Below are positions 1-9,754 of a DNA stretch of 64,000 nt, piece by piece (within the stretch, counting starts at the first letter, position 1; the number at the start of each line of letters is the position of its first letter). The position numbers were made by a program, and so were the translations under genes. The DNA lies in assembly GCA_052174015.1 (NCBI GenBank), contig JBQMXM010000003.1:8536-72535 (forward strand), read 5' to 3'. The stretch is from Clostridium sp. Lineage in GTDB: Bacteria; Bacillota; Clostridia; TANB77; CAG-508. The notes under the pieces are model-generated. The model saw only the letters and a list, made by a program, of their open reading frames with translations. It ran no database searches and had not been told where the DNA came from.

Positions 1-323
1 CAGATAGACTTGTAGATACAATATCAAAATTAAGTCTAGATTATTTAGAAAAATTAAAAAAATTATCAGATAAAGAATTATTAGAAGAACTAACTAAATT
101 TAATGGAATAGGTCCAAAAGTTGCAAACTGTATCATGCTTTTTGGTATGCATAGAATAGAATCTTTCCCAATTGATGTTTGGGTTAGAAGAGTAATGAGT
201 GAAATATTTTTTGATGGAGTGGAACAATCAGATAAAAAAATATTAGAAGTGGTAAAAGACATACCACAAAAAGGTATTGCACAACAATGCTTATTTTACT
301 GGAGGAAAAATGAAACAAAATAA
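1..323 (+). CDS. ogg: 8-oxoguanine DNA glycosylase (HhH-GPD family), C-terminal part; 5' end outside window
   Basis: The frame is open from the window edge and reads ...ELTKFNGIGPKVANCIMLFGMHRIESFPIDVWVRRVM... This is the helix-hairpin-helix GIGPKVA motif plus the downstream Asp (FPIDVW) typical of Ogg-type glycosylases. Stop TAA 321-323. Confidence 0.75.
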   Translation, partial: DRLVDTISKLSLDYLEKLKKLSDKELLEELTKFNGIGPKVANCIMLFGMHRIESFPIDVWVRRVMSEIFFDGVEQSDKKILEVVKDIPQKGIAQQCLFYWRKNETK

Positions 324-1551
324 ATTTAAAAAAATACAAAATAATCATGGAAAAATAACTTTAAAGATAATATTTCAAACTATAGGTACATTTGTAATAG
401 TATTTTTAATTTCATTAACACTAGTACTATTATTAACTCCTGGCAAATTCAAAGAAAAATTAAATTCAATAGGAGATTACGCATTAAAAGTAGTTGGAAT
501 AAAACATGAAGAAAGAATAGAAGATAATCCACTAGATGAATCATTTAAAAACAATAATACAAAAGCAGATACAGGAATTTCAGAGGCTCCAGGTCAAATT
601 CAGACAAAAATTGAACAAAAACAAAGAGAAAATTTACCTGTAACACCAAAACCACAACCAAAACCACAACCTCAAATGACTAATGGAATATATTATTCAC
701 AATTAAATTCAATAGCTAAAAAAATATATGATAAGTTATCAGCAGAAAGTGCATACTTTTTAGAAGGAGAACATTCATTTAATTTTGGAGAACAATTTAG
801 TGATTTAATAAATTCTCCAGGAGGAACAGATAAATTAAATGAAGCATTTCAAGCATCAGTAAATGCGTTAGTATTAGACTATCCACAACTTTTCTTTATA
901 GATGTTAGACATATTTCATTAAGTGTTAGTTCTAGAAAATATCCAAGTATGCAACCTGTAAATACAACAATAATATCAAATGCAAAAGGTAAAAAATACT
1001 ATATTGATGGATTATACACAAAAGAAGATGTAAATAAAGCAAGAAAAGAAATGGAAGATATTAGAAATACTATTATATCAAAAGCAAATACTTTCCAAAA
1101 ACCATATCAAAAAATACAATATGTACATGACTATTTAATACAAACAGTCTCTTATGAAGAAAACGATCCAGGTGATTTAAAACATAATATGTATGCAGCA
1201 TTAAAATACAGAAGAGCAGTATGTGAAGGATATGCAAAAGCATTTAAATATATATTAGATGGAATGGGATTTAATACAATAACAGTTGTAGGAAGAGGAA
1301 TTGGAGATGGTCGTGATGAAGCACATGCTTGGAACATGGTATATTTAGATGGACAATGGTATGGAGTAGATGTAACATTTGATGACCCTATTGTTAAAGG
1401 TGGTGGTACAGTACCAAGAAGTAGGCAATTAAAATTCTTTTTAGTAGGAAAAAGAGAATTTGCAGGAAATCATATTGAAGATGGAATAATAACTCCAGGA
1501 ATAAGTTTTAAATATCCACAATTATCAAATAGTAGATATAATTTATATTAA
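310..1551 (+). CDS. Membrane-anchored transglutaminase-like (Cys-His-Asp) domain protein with Pro-rich linker
   Basis: GGAGG at 301-305 precedes ATG 310. There is an N-terminal TM (FVIVFLISLTLVLLL) and a PKPQPKPQPQ linker. The transglutaminase-core pattern is YRRAVCEGYAKAF...EAHAWNMVYLDGQWYGVDVTFDD. Confidence 0.75.
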   Translation: MKQNKFKKIQNNHGKITLKIIFQTIGTFVIVFLISLTLVLLLTPGKFKEKLNSIGDYALKVVGIKHEERIEDNPLDESFKNNNTKADTGISEAPGQIQTKIEQKQRENLPVTPKPQPKPQPQMTNGIYYSQLNSIAKKIYDKLSAESAYFLEGEHSFNFGEQFSDLINSPGGTDKLNEAFQASVNALVLDYPQLFFIDVRHISLSVSSRKYPSMQPVNTTIISNAKGKKYYIDGLYTKEDVNKARKEMEDIRNTIISKANTFQKPYQKIQYVHDYLIQTVSYEENDPGDLKHNMYAALKYRRAVCEGYAKAFKYILDGMGFNTITVVGRGIGDGRDEAHAWNMVYLDGQWYGVDVTFDDPIVKGGGTVPRSRQLKFFLVGKREFAGNHIEDGIITPGISFKYPQLSNSRYNLY

Positions 1552-1584
1552 TTTAATATTAATATAGTAGAGAAAGAGGAGATT

Positions 1585-4500
1585 ATGGTAAAAATATTAA
1601 TATCTTCTGATGTTAAAAAATTAGAACAAGAAATGTATAAACAAATAGATATATCTAAAAAAGAAGCTGGAGATAAATATATTGGGAATAAATATATTTT
1701 ATCTCCAGAATTTAAAACTAATTATTATGAAAAAAATATATTAAAAAAATCAAATGGAATTAATTTAAATATTGATATATTATCATTTGCAAGATTACCA
1801 TATATGATATTTAAAAATACCAAATATAGTAAGAATATATATGTGGATAAATTAGTAAGGAATATATATATTAAGCAAATCTTACAAGAAACAGATTTAA
1901 AAATATTAAATTCAGATAAATATTTAGAAGAAATAGAAAAAGTAATTACTAAATTAAAAGAAAATGCAATAACGCCTGAAATATTGGAAGAAAAATTTAA
2001 TTTAGATATAACAAAAGAATATTTAACACTTTTTGAAACAAAGCTTTTAGATATAGTTAATATATTAAAAAAATATAACGAAAAAAATACTAATACTATA
2101 GATAAGGAAGAGATCTATTTACAAATTTTAGAAAATGAAGAATTATTAAAATATTTTAATGATGCAGAAATACATATATTGGGATTTGTAGGTTTTAGTA
2201 ATATACAACGAAAGTTAATTTCAAAAATATCAAAATATGCTAAAAAAGTTAATATATATATACCACTAAATGATATAAATAGTAGTAATGAAACATATTC
2301 TTTTACTAAAAATACTATATTTGAATTATTAAAAACGATACAAATAGAGAATGATGTTAAAATATTATCAATAGACGAAAACTTAAATACAAATATATCT
2401 AAAAATAGATATACAAACATATCAAAATTAAAATATATGTTATCTAAATATAGTATATATGAATATGTTACTGAAAAAGATCTTAAATATACAGATGTTA
2501 CAAATGAAAAAGTGACTAATCATAAGGTAACTTCAAAAGAATCGGAAGAAAATATAGATGAAACATTAAATATATTAAAATTCAATAATTTAGCAGAAGA
2601 AGTAAGATATGTTGCAGAAGATATCTATACAAAATTACAAAAAGGCGAAGAAAGAGATTCTATACAATTAATAGTTCAAAGTCCAGAAAAATATAAAAAT
2701 GAGCTAATTAAAGAGTTTAATAAAAAAGGATTAACTTTAAATATAACTAAAAAAGAAAACATATATAAGGGAGAATTAATTAGAATAGTAGATTATCTAA
2801 TATCTGCATTAAATTTAGATGTATTTCAAATAATAGAGTTATTAAAAACAAAACTTTTTAATAATATTTTTAAAAAAGATAGTAAAGAAATAGAAGAAGA
2901 ATTAAATCAAACAATATCAAGTGAAATAGATATATATGCATTTGAAAAATATATTAATAATTGGAAGATTAATAAATACAATATACAAAAAAGTTTTAAA
3001 TATGCTCAAAATTCATATAGGTTTTTAGAAATAGAAAATATAAGGGAGAGTATTTTAAAAGAGTTACGTGTAATATATTCAAATATATTTAAAAAAGAAA
3101 ATTCAAATAAAGAAATAATTGAAGATATAGAAGATATATTAGAATTAGATATATTAGAATTAAAAAATAAAAAGACTAATGGAAAAAATATATCAAAGGC
3201 AATATATGATTTTTTAGAGAGATATGATGTATTTAATAACATGTATAAAAACATATTATTAAGTGAAGAAGAAAAACAAAAATATACAATGCAAATAAAT
3301 ATACTTAATAATATTCTAGAAAAATTATCAATAATAGATGATATTTCAGTTGAAGAATATAGTATATATTTTAAAATGATATTACAAAATTATGATACAC
3401 ATATATTTGAAGATATATATGGAATAACTGTAAATAATATACAAAATGCAGTAGTATCTAAATATATATATGTACTAGGTGTAGATGAATTTACATTTCC
3501 AGCATATCAAAAAACAAATAGATTATTAAATGAAGAAGACAATTTAAAGTTTAAAGAAAATGAAATAAATATTTTTAAAACAGATGAAGAATATTTTGCA
3601 AAAGAACAATTGGAAATAGTTAATTTAATACATAATGCAGAAAATATATATTTATCATGGTCAGCTATGGGAAATGGCGAAAAAAGTATAATAGAGCCTT
3701 CAATATATATTGATAAAATATTATCACTTAATAAGTATTTTGATACAGATAATGTACTTAGAAAGCAAACAAAATTAAAAAATGTAGAAAATAAATTGAA
3801 TACAGATTTACAGATAACAGATATAATTTCTAAATATATATCAGAACTATATAGTATTGCACCAACTAAAGAAGAATTAGTAGATTATCTACATAAATTA
3901 AAAAGTGAAATTGTAGATTTAGAAAAACAATTAAAAAAAATAGAAGTAAATAAAGTACAAGAAAAAAATAATATAACTCAAACTATAAATTGTTTAAAAG
4001 AATTGTACAATCTAATTATTAATAATACGGATTATTCTAAATTAATAGAAAATTCAAAAATTAAAAATATGTCTCCAAAACTAAATGAAGAGATATTATC
4101 ACAATTATATAGTCAAGGATTAAAAACAAGTATTTCAAAATTAGAAGAATATGCTAAATGTCCATTTGCATATTATCTAAAATATATATTAAATTTAAAA
4201 GAACAAAATACTATATCAAGCACAAGTATTGATATAGGGATATTTATACATGAGGTTATGCAAAAAGTAGTTGAAGATGTAAAAAGAAAAGTATTAAAAA
4301 TAGATACAATATCTAAAAATATGGATATTTTAACATTAGAATTAAGAATTCTTGCAAATGCAGAACCTGAAAATATATCAGAAGAAGTAAAAGAATATAA
4401 GAAAAATGTATATGATAATGTAGAAAAAAATGTTAATGAGATATTAAAAGATAAGAAATATGAAAAAATGATAGCAAATCCTAAAAATATTCAGATAACT

Positions 4501-5292
4501 AAAAAAATAGTTTCAAATATCAAAAAATCAGCAGTAAATATTTTAGAATTTATTAGATTAAGCGAATTTGAAGTAGTTGAAAATGAAAAAGAATTTAATC
4601 AAAAATATTCAATTTATGTACCAAGTCTAGATAAAGAAATAGCAATAGAATTAAAAGGTAAAATAGATAGAATAGATGCTTTAAAAAATGGCAATGAATT
4701 TAGGATAATAGACTATAAGTCTAGTAATAAGAGTCTTGATAAATATAAAATAATGTCAGGCTTACAATTACAATTATTTACATATGCCAATTCAATTAAA
4801 GAACAAGAAAAATTAGATCCAACAGGCTTAATATATATGCCGTTAATGTATAACAAAGCAAAAGTAAGTACATATTTAGAAGAAGAAGGAAAACTACAAC
4901 AAGAAAAAAATAATTTTAAATTCACAGGACTTATTAAATATGATGATAAAGAAGAATTATCAAAATATGATACAACTTTAATTACAGAAGATGAAAAATC
5001 AGATGTTATAAAATCAGATATTATAAAATTAAATAAAAGCGGCAAGATATCTAATAAAGATATTATTGGAGTTACAAAACAAGAATATGAAGAATTATCA
5101 TTATATTCAAAAAATGTATTAGAAGAATTATCACGAAAAATATTTGAAGGAAATACAGATATTTATCCATATATGTATATCTCTGGAAGCACAAAAGAAA
5201 GTGCGTGCAAGTATTGTATATACAAAAATATATGTAAAAAGCAAAAAGAAAATAAGTTTAGATATATTATTAATAAGGATAAGTTAAAATAA
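1585..5292 (+). CDS. addB: AddB/RexB-type helicase-nuclease subunit B (PD-(D/E)XK nuclease with 4Fe-4S cluster)
   Basis: 1235 aa. The RecB-family nuclease motif is GKIDRIDAL...FRIIDYKSS. The four cluster cysteines are AKCPFAYY plus the C-terminal C-x2-C-x5-C (CKYCIYKNIC), which is the AddB spacing. RBS GAGGAG lies upstream of ATG 1585. Confidence 0.8.
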   Translation: MVKILISSDVKKLEQEMYKQIDISKKEAGDKYIGNKYILSPEFKTNYYEKNILKKSNGINLNIDILSFARLPYMIFKNTKYSKNIYVDKLVRNIYIKQILQETDLKILNSDKYLEEIEKVITKLKENAITPEILEEKFNLDITKEYLTLFETKLLDIVNILKKYNEKNTNTIDKEEIYLQILENEELLKYFNDAEIHILGFVGFSNIQRKLISKISKYAKKVNIYIPLNDINSSNETYSFTKNTIFELLKTIQIENDVKILSIDENLNTNISKNRYTNISKLKYMLSKYSIYEYVTEKDLKYTDVTNEKVTNHKVTSKESEENIDETLNILKFNNLAEEVRYVAEDIYTKLQKGEERDSIQLIVQSPEKYKNELIKEFNKKGLTLNITKKENIYKGELIRIVDYLISALNLDVFQIIELLKTKLFNNIFKKDSKEIEEELNQTISSEIDIYAFEKYINNWKINKYNIQKSFKYAQNSYRFLEIENIRESILKELRVIYSNIFKKENSNKEIIEDIEDILELDILELKNKKTNGKNISKAIYDFLERYDVFNNMYKNILLSEEEKQKYTMQINILNNILEKLSIIDDISVEEYSIYFKMILQNYDTHIFEDIYGITVNNIQNAVVSKYIYVLGVDEFTFPAYQKTNRLLNEEDNLKFKENEINIFKTDEEYFAKEQLEIVNLIHNAENIYLSWSAMGNGEKSIIEPSIYIDKILSLNKYFDTDNVLRKQTKLKNVENKLNTDLQITDIISKYISELYSIAPTKEELVDYLHKLKSEIVDLEKQLKKIEVNKVQEKNNITQTINCLKELYNLIINNTDYSKLIENSKIKNMSPKLNEEILSQLYSQGLKTSISKLEEYAKCPFAYYLKYILNLKEQNTISSTSIDIGIFIHEVMQKVVEDVKRKVLKIDTISKNMDILTLELRILANAEPENISEEVKEYKKNVYDNVEKNVNEILKDKKYEKMIANPKNIQITKKIVSNIKKSAVNILEFIRLSEFEVVENEKEFNQKYSIYVPSLDKEIAIELKGKIDRIDALKNGNEFRIIDYKSSNKSLDKYKIMSGLQLQLFTYANSIKEQEKLDPTGLIYMPLMYNKAKVSTYLEEEGKLQQEKNNFKFTGLIKYDDKEELSKYDTTLITEDEKSDVIKSDIIKLNKSGKISNKDIIGVTKQEYEELSLYSKNVLEELSRKIFEGNTDIYPYMYISGSTKESACKYCIYKNICKKQKENKFRYIINKDKLK

Positions 5293-5362
5293 TTAATTTT
5301 TAAAATAATTAAATTTTTCGCATAAAACTATATAAAAAAGAATAGTAAAAAACTATAAAGTA

Positions 5363-5371
5363 TGATATAAT
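5363..5371 (+). promoter_or_regulatory. Extended -10 element (TGaTATAAT) upstream of pth
   Basis: Sequence tatgatataat lies 18 nt upstream of ATG 5389. RBS GAGGTG is at 5378-5383. Confidence 0.35.
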
Positions 5372-5388
5372 TTTAATGAGGTGAATAT

Positions 5389-6918
5389 ATGTATTTAATA
5401 GTTGGATTAGGAAATCCAGGAAAACAATACGAAAATACAAGACATAATGTAGGATTTGATGTAATAGACATATTTAAAAGTAAATACAATCTTCAATTTA
5501 GGCAAAAAGGGAGTGGAGAATATGCAAAATGTACTATATTTAATCAAGAATGTATATTCTTAAAACCTTTAACATATATGAACTTATCAGGAAAAGCAGT
5601 ATTTGAATATGCAAAGTTTTTTAAGATTCAAGAAGATAAAATAATTATAGTATATGATGATAAAGATATATCATCAGGAGAAATAAAGCTAAGAAAAAAA
5701 GGAAGTTCAGCAGGTCATAATGGAATCAAAAGTATTTTAAATAATTTTAAAGATTTTTTAAGAGTTAGAATAGGAATAGGAAATCCAAAATTCAAACATG
5801 ATATGATAAATTATGTTATTGGCAAAGTATCTAAAGAAGAATATATGATACTTAAAAAAGGCGAAGAAAAAGCAGTAAAAGCAATAGAAGACATAATTAA
5901 AAATGGAATGGATTATGCGATGAATAATAATAATACATCAAAACCAAATGTTAGAAAAAACAATCAGAATAAAAATAATAAAAAAGGAGAAAAAAAGATG
6001 GATAAAATATATATCACAGGACATAAAAATCCAGACACAGATTCAATAATTTCAGCAATAGTAGCTGAAGATATATTTACAAAATTAGGATATAATGTTA
6101 CTGCAATTGCACAAGGTGTTCCATCAGAAGAAACACAATTTGTATTAGATGCAATAAATCGTAAAGCACCAGAAGTACATACAAAATTAGAAGCTGGTTC
6201 ACATGTAATATTAGTAGACCATAATAATAAGGAAGAAACATTAGATAATATTGATGAATTAATAATTGATAGAGTAATAGATCATCACGCAGTAAAAATG
6301 ATTGTAGGTTACCCATTATATTATAGGGCAGAAGTAGTAGGATGTACAAATACTATATTATTTAAAATGTATAAAGAAAATAATTTAGAAATATCTAAAG
6401 AAATGGCACTTGCAATGCTTTCTGCAATAGTATCAGACACATTACTATTAAAATCACCAACAACAACAGAAGAAGATATATTAACTATAAAAGAATTAGA
6501 AAAAATAGCAGAAGTTAATGCAAATGAATATGGGTTAAAAATGCTTAAAGCAGGAACAAATTTATCAAAATATTCAATTGATGAAATATTAAATTTAGAT
6601 GCTAAAAAAGTTAAAATTGGAGATAATACAGTAATGGTATCTCAAATAACAACTGTAGATATACAAGAACATATGAATGAAAAAACAGAATTTGAAGCAA
6701 GAATGAATGAAATAATTAAAGAACAAAATTTAGACTTATTTATGTTTTTAATAACAGATATTATTACAACAAATTCACAAGTAATAGTATTAGGAGAAAA
6801 AGCTAAAATAATTGAAGAAGGATATTCAGTAAAATTAGAAGATAACACAGCACTATTAGAAGGTGTAATGTCTAGAAAAAAACAAGTTATACCAGTTATC
6901 ACTAAATTATTATCATAA
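5389..6918 (+). CDS. pth-ppaC: Single ORF fusing peptidyl-tRNA hydrolase (aa 1-~182) to family II Mn-dependent inorganic pyrophosphatase (DHH/DHHA2, from aa 204)
   Basis: The Pth signature is MYLIVGLGNPGKQYENTRHNVGF...SAGHNGIKS. A K/N-rich linker TSKPNVRKNNQNKNNKKGEKK follows. It contains AAAGGAG 7 nt before an in-frame ATG at 5998. The PpaC part reads MDKIYITGHKNPDTDSIISAI...DHNN...DHH. There is no in-frame stop between the two parts. Confidence 0.8.
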   Translation: MYLIVGLGNPGKQYENTRHNVGFDVIDIFKSKYNLQFRQKGSGEYAKCTIFNQECIFLKPLTYMNLSGKAVFEYAKFFKIQEDKIIIVYDDKDISSGEIKLRKKGSSAGHNGIKSILNNFKDFLRVRIGIGNPKFKHDMINYVIGKVSKEEYMILKKGEEKAVKAIEDIIKNGMDYAMNNNNTSKPNVRKNNQNKNNKKGEKKMDKIYITGHKNPDTDSIISAIVAEDIFTKLGYNVTAIAQGVPSEETQFVLDAINRKAPEVHTKLEAGSHVILVDHNNKEETLDNIDELIIDRVIDHHAVKMIVGYPLYYRAEVVGCTNTILFKMYKENNLEISKEMALAMLSAIVSDTLLLKSPTTTEEDILTIKELEKIAEVNANEYGLKMLKAGTNLSKYSIDEILNLDAKKVKIGDNTVMVSQITTVDIQEHMNEKTEFEARMNEIIKEQNLDLFMFLITDIITTNSQVIVLGEKAKIIEEGYSVKLEDNTALLEGVMSRKKQVIPVITKLLS

Positions 6919-6934
6919 AATAATGAAGGTCAAT

Positions 6935-8635
6935 ATGAAGAAAAAAATATTAAGTATACTATTAGTAATATCATTAATAACTATAACTGTATTTGGATTA
7001 TTTAAAATATATAATATTATACAGATACATAATGATATGAAAGAAGAAAAAAAAGAAACAAAATATATAGTTTTAGAATCAAAGAAAAAATTTGGAGTAA
7101 TTGATACTAAAGGTAATTTAATAATTGAACCAAAATATACACAGGTAATTATACCAGATTTATCAAAACCAGTATTTTGCTGTTTTGATGAAGAAATGAC
7201 AATGACTATATTAAATGAAAAAAAAGAAGAACAATTTAAAAACTATAATAAGGATGAAATACAATTAATTCCTGGAGAAACACGAGAAGGTGGAAGATAT
7301 AGGAAGGTGTTTAGAATCTTTAAAAATAATAAATATGGGCTAATGTCATTAGAAGGAAAACAATTATTAAAACCTGAATATGATGAAATTATAGCACTTG
7401 AAAAAATATATACTAATTTAAGAGTAAAAAAAGATAATAAATATGGAATCGTTACTAAAAATGGAAGAACAATATTACCAATAATATATAATGATATATC
7501 AAGTGCAAATCAAAATACATGGGGACATGTAGAAACATCAAAAGGATATAAAATATCAAAAATGGCAGAAAAAGGTCAAACTTTTGGATATGCAACAGAA
7601 AAAGGAAAAGTACTTGTAAAACCAATATATGAAGAAATAGAAAAGATAGAAAGAGATGATAAAAATACATATATTATAGTTCAAAAAAATGGACAAAAAG
7701 GGTTATACAAGAACAATAAACAAATTATTCCAAATATATATCAAGAAATGACATATACTAAAAATAATATAATTTTAAAAAGATTTGGAAAATATGGATT
7801 ATTTGATTTTAATGGAAAAGAAGTTATAGCACCTAGATTCAAAGAATATGTAGCTTTAGATAACTATGTAGCATTTAAAGAAAATGAAAAAGAATATGCT
7901 TTTGATGAAAGAGGAAAACAAATAGGTAAGGGAGCATATAAGATTTTATCAGTAATTAAAGAAAAAAATTATTTGATTACAGAAAACTTTTCAGGAGAAA
8001 GAAAAATAGTAACACCAACTAAAGAAATAGAAGGAAAATTTATAGATTTAGTATATTTAACAGATGATAAATTTATGTATTACAAAAATAATAAATATGG
8101 ATTAGTTAGTGTAGAAAAAGGAATACTTACAGAACCTAAATATTCATATATATCACTATATAAGAATACATCTATCATTCAAGCTGAAATAGAAGACGGA
8201 AGATTTGAACTTTATTCACCAAAAGGAGAAATGATTTTAAAAGATGAAGAATACGTTTTAGATCATTTAGATAATATATTAATGTTACAAACTAAGGAAA
8301 ATAAAAGGTATTTAAATTTCAATGGTGAAGATATAGATGTTAAAAAAGTATTAAATTTACCAGCTTATTCTTTTAAAGATGAAAAGACAAATAAATGGGG
8401 ATTTAAAACCAAAGATGGAAAAGTAGTTGTAGAACCAATTTATGATAATGTAGTAGACTTTAATAAGTTTGGATTTGCATCAATAAAAAAAGGAAATAAG
8501 TGGGGAAGTATAAATAGTGAATTTAAAATAACTGCAGAACCTAAATATGAATTTAATAGTACAGTATTACCTAAATTTATAGGTAAATATATAATAGATT
8601 TTGAATCATATGGATTTGCATTAGAACAAGAATAA
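6935..8635 (+). CDS. WG (KWG) repeat-containing protein, N-terminal membrane anchor
   Basis: Repeated units of the type KYGLMSLEGKQLLKPEYDEI, KYGIVTKNGRTILPIIYNDI, KWGFKTKDGKVVVEPIYDNV and KWGSINSEFKITAEPKYE. The TM is ILSILLVISLITITVFGLF. ATG 6935 has GAAGG 5 nt upstream, and an alternative ATG is at 6923. Confidence 0.7.
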   Translation: MKKKILSILLVISLITITVFGLFKIYNIIQIHNDMKEEKKETKYIVLESKKKFGVIDTKGNLIIEPKYTQVIIPDLSKPVFCCFDEEMTMTILNEKKEEQFKNYNKDEIQLIPGETREGGRYRKVFRIFKNNKYGLMSLEGKQLLKPEYDEIIALEKIYTNLRVKKDNKYGIVTKNGRTILPIIYNDISSANQNTWGHVETSKGYKISKMAEKGQTFGYATEKGKVLVKPIYEEIEKIERDDKNTYIIVQKNGQKGLYKNNKQIIPNIYQEMTYTKNNIILKRFGKYGLFDFNGKEVIAPRFKEYVALDNYVAFKENEKEYAFDERGKQIGKGAYKILSVIKEKNYLITENFSGERKIVTPTKEIEGKFIDLVYLTDDKFMYYKNNKYGLVSVEKGILTEPKYSYISLYKNTSIIQAEIEDGRFELYSPKGEMILKDEEYVLDHLDNILMLQTKENKRYLNFNGEDIDVKKVLNLPAYSFKDEKTNKWGFKTKDGKVVVEPIYDNVVDFNKFGFASIKKGNKWGSINSEFKITAEPKYEFNSTVLPKFIGKYIIDFESYGFALEQE

Positions 8636-8694
8636 TGTAATAATAATATTAAATATAAATAAAAAATAATTAATATAATAAAAAAAGAAAAAAG

Positions 8695-8725
8695 AAATAG
8701 GCCATTAATAATGACCTATTTTTTC
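8695..8725. terminator. Bidirectional rho-independent terminator between convergent genes
   Basis: aaataggccatta/taatgacctattt stem with one mismatch. It is flanked by an A-run upstream and a T-run downstream. Confidence 0.65.
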
Positions 8726-8727
8726 TT

Positions 8728-9513
8728 TTAAATAGCATGATGTGCATCTTTTTTAAATAAGATTTTTAGTACTGCTTCTTTATTTCTTTTTGAAATCTCT
8801 ACCTTTTTTATTTTTAGAAATTCTGTGATTATTTTATCAATGCTCCTTCTGTTTAAAACAAATAAAGGAGTATTTGATTCTTTAGGCTCAAAGCCGATAC
8901 TTTTTCGCTTAAGCTCTAAGATGTTAACAATTTCAAAGATATCAGAATCTTTTATGTTTAAATATCTTTTTGCAAAGTTAACAAAAAAGCTGTTGCTAAG
9001 CAATAAAGCGTAATTTCCTAGATAACTATCATTAAAAATACACTCTGGTATCTTTAAAAATAATTTTACTACTTCTTCTTTAGAGACGGTTCCAAGCTCT
9101 AACCTGCTAATGTAATTAGGTGCTTGCAGATATTCTATCAATTCATTAGTATTGAAACTGCATACTGCACTCAAGCAGTCAAATATCCCGATAATTCTAT
9201 CAACATCTTTCTTGCTCATGATGTCATTATCAAAATTTTTTAATATTTCAATAAAGATATCTAAAGAAATTTGTGCCTTGTCTTCCTGTATAGGCTTGAA
9301 ATACATTTCATCTTCTGATAATTTTAAAGCTCTCCTTGTAGCTTCAAGAAAATCTAATGTAAGAAGATCATTTTTAATTGAGATCTTATTCTTTTTACAA
9401 CTAATAATTGTCTCTGTAAAAGCAGACCAATTCTTAATTATTGGCTCCAAATTTACATTCTGTTGCTCAATTTTCCAAGCAAGACTCTCTGTGTTCACTA
9501 CCTTATTCATCAT
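8728..9513 (-). CDS. Hypothetical protein (262 aa), compositionally atypical orphan
   Basis: GGGAGG lies 6 nt upstream of ATG (minus strand, 9513). I recognise no motif, and it looks all-helical. It is noticeably more G+C-rich than its neighbours: line 9121-9180 has 22/60 G+C. Confidence 0.6.
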   Translation of the reverse strand: MMNKVVNTESLAWKIEQQNVNLEPIIKNWSAFTETIISCKKNKISIKNDLLTLDFLEATRRALKLSEDEMYFKPIQEDKAQISLDIFIEILKNFDNDIMSKKDVDRIIGIFDCLSAVCSFNTNELIEYLQAPNYISRLELGTVSKEEVVKLFLKIPECIFNDSYLGNYALLLSNSFFVNFAKRYLNIKDSDIFEIVNILELKRKSIGFEPKESNTPLFVLNRRSIDKIITEFLKIKKVEISKRNKEAVLKILFKKDAHHAI

Positions 9514-9596
9514 ATGTTTCCTCCCATGCAACAATATATATGGTACCGCTACCAGTTGCATTTAATATATTTATTATATAAAATTTATACACTTAT

Positions 9597-9625
9597 ATAA
9601 TAACATCATTTACATAATTTGTCAA
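9597..9625 (-). promoter_or_regulatory. Sigma-70-type promoter for the orphan gene (TTGACA-17-TATTAT, TGt extended -10)
   Basis: The minus strand reads TTGACAaattatgtaaatgatgtTATTAT. Confidence 0.5.
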
Positions 9626-9636
9626 CATATGATAAC

Positions 9637-9665
9637 TTGTAAAAGTATAAAAAAGTATATATAAT
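9637..9665 (+). promoter_or_regulatory. Promoter of tRNA-Gly (TTGTAA-17-TATAAT)
   Basis: ttgtaa aagtataaaaaagtata tataat. The -10 ends 8 nt before the tRNA 5' end. Confidence 0.6.
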
Positions 9666-9673
9666 ATATATAT

Positions 9674-9747
9674 GCGGGTATAGTTTAATGGTAAAATTTT
9701 GAGCTTCCGACCCAAAGTTGAGGGTTCGATTCCCTCTACCCGCTCCA
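9674..9747 (+). tRNA. trnG: tRNA-Gly (anticodon TCC), CCA encoded
   Basis: Cloverleaf folded by eye: GCGGGTA acceptor, anticodon loop CTTCCGA, GGTTCGATTCC T-arm, TACCCGC-T-CCA 3' end. There is one A-C mismatch in the anticodon stem. Confidence 0.85.
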
Positions 9748-9754
9748 AATAAAT

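Noticed and set aside
277-309. Upstream extensions of ORFs in the track: 277 for the transglutaminase-like gene, 47533 for rpmG, 50592 for rplL, 62293 for rpmE, 37592 for rny and 31349 for the cyclophilin-like gene.
   Set aside because: In each case a downstream ATG has a properly spaced GGAGG/AAGGAG-type RBS and matches the expected N-terminus of the family. The extensions also overlap the preceding gene or its terminator.
5998-6918. Annotating ppaC as an independent gene starting at ATG 5998.
   Set aside because: This is not fully rejected. The internal RBS makes independent initiation plausible. However, the upstream frame has no stop, so the fused ORF is what the sequence actually encodes. 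It is reported as a fusion, with this caveat.
8825-9565. Plus-strand ORFs 8825-9013 and 9152-9565 opposite the orphan gene.
   Set aside because: The minus-strand ORF is longer and has a GGGAGG RBS, its own promoter and a terminator. The plus-strand frames lack start context.
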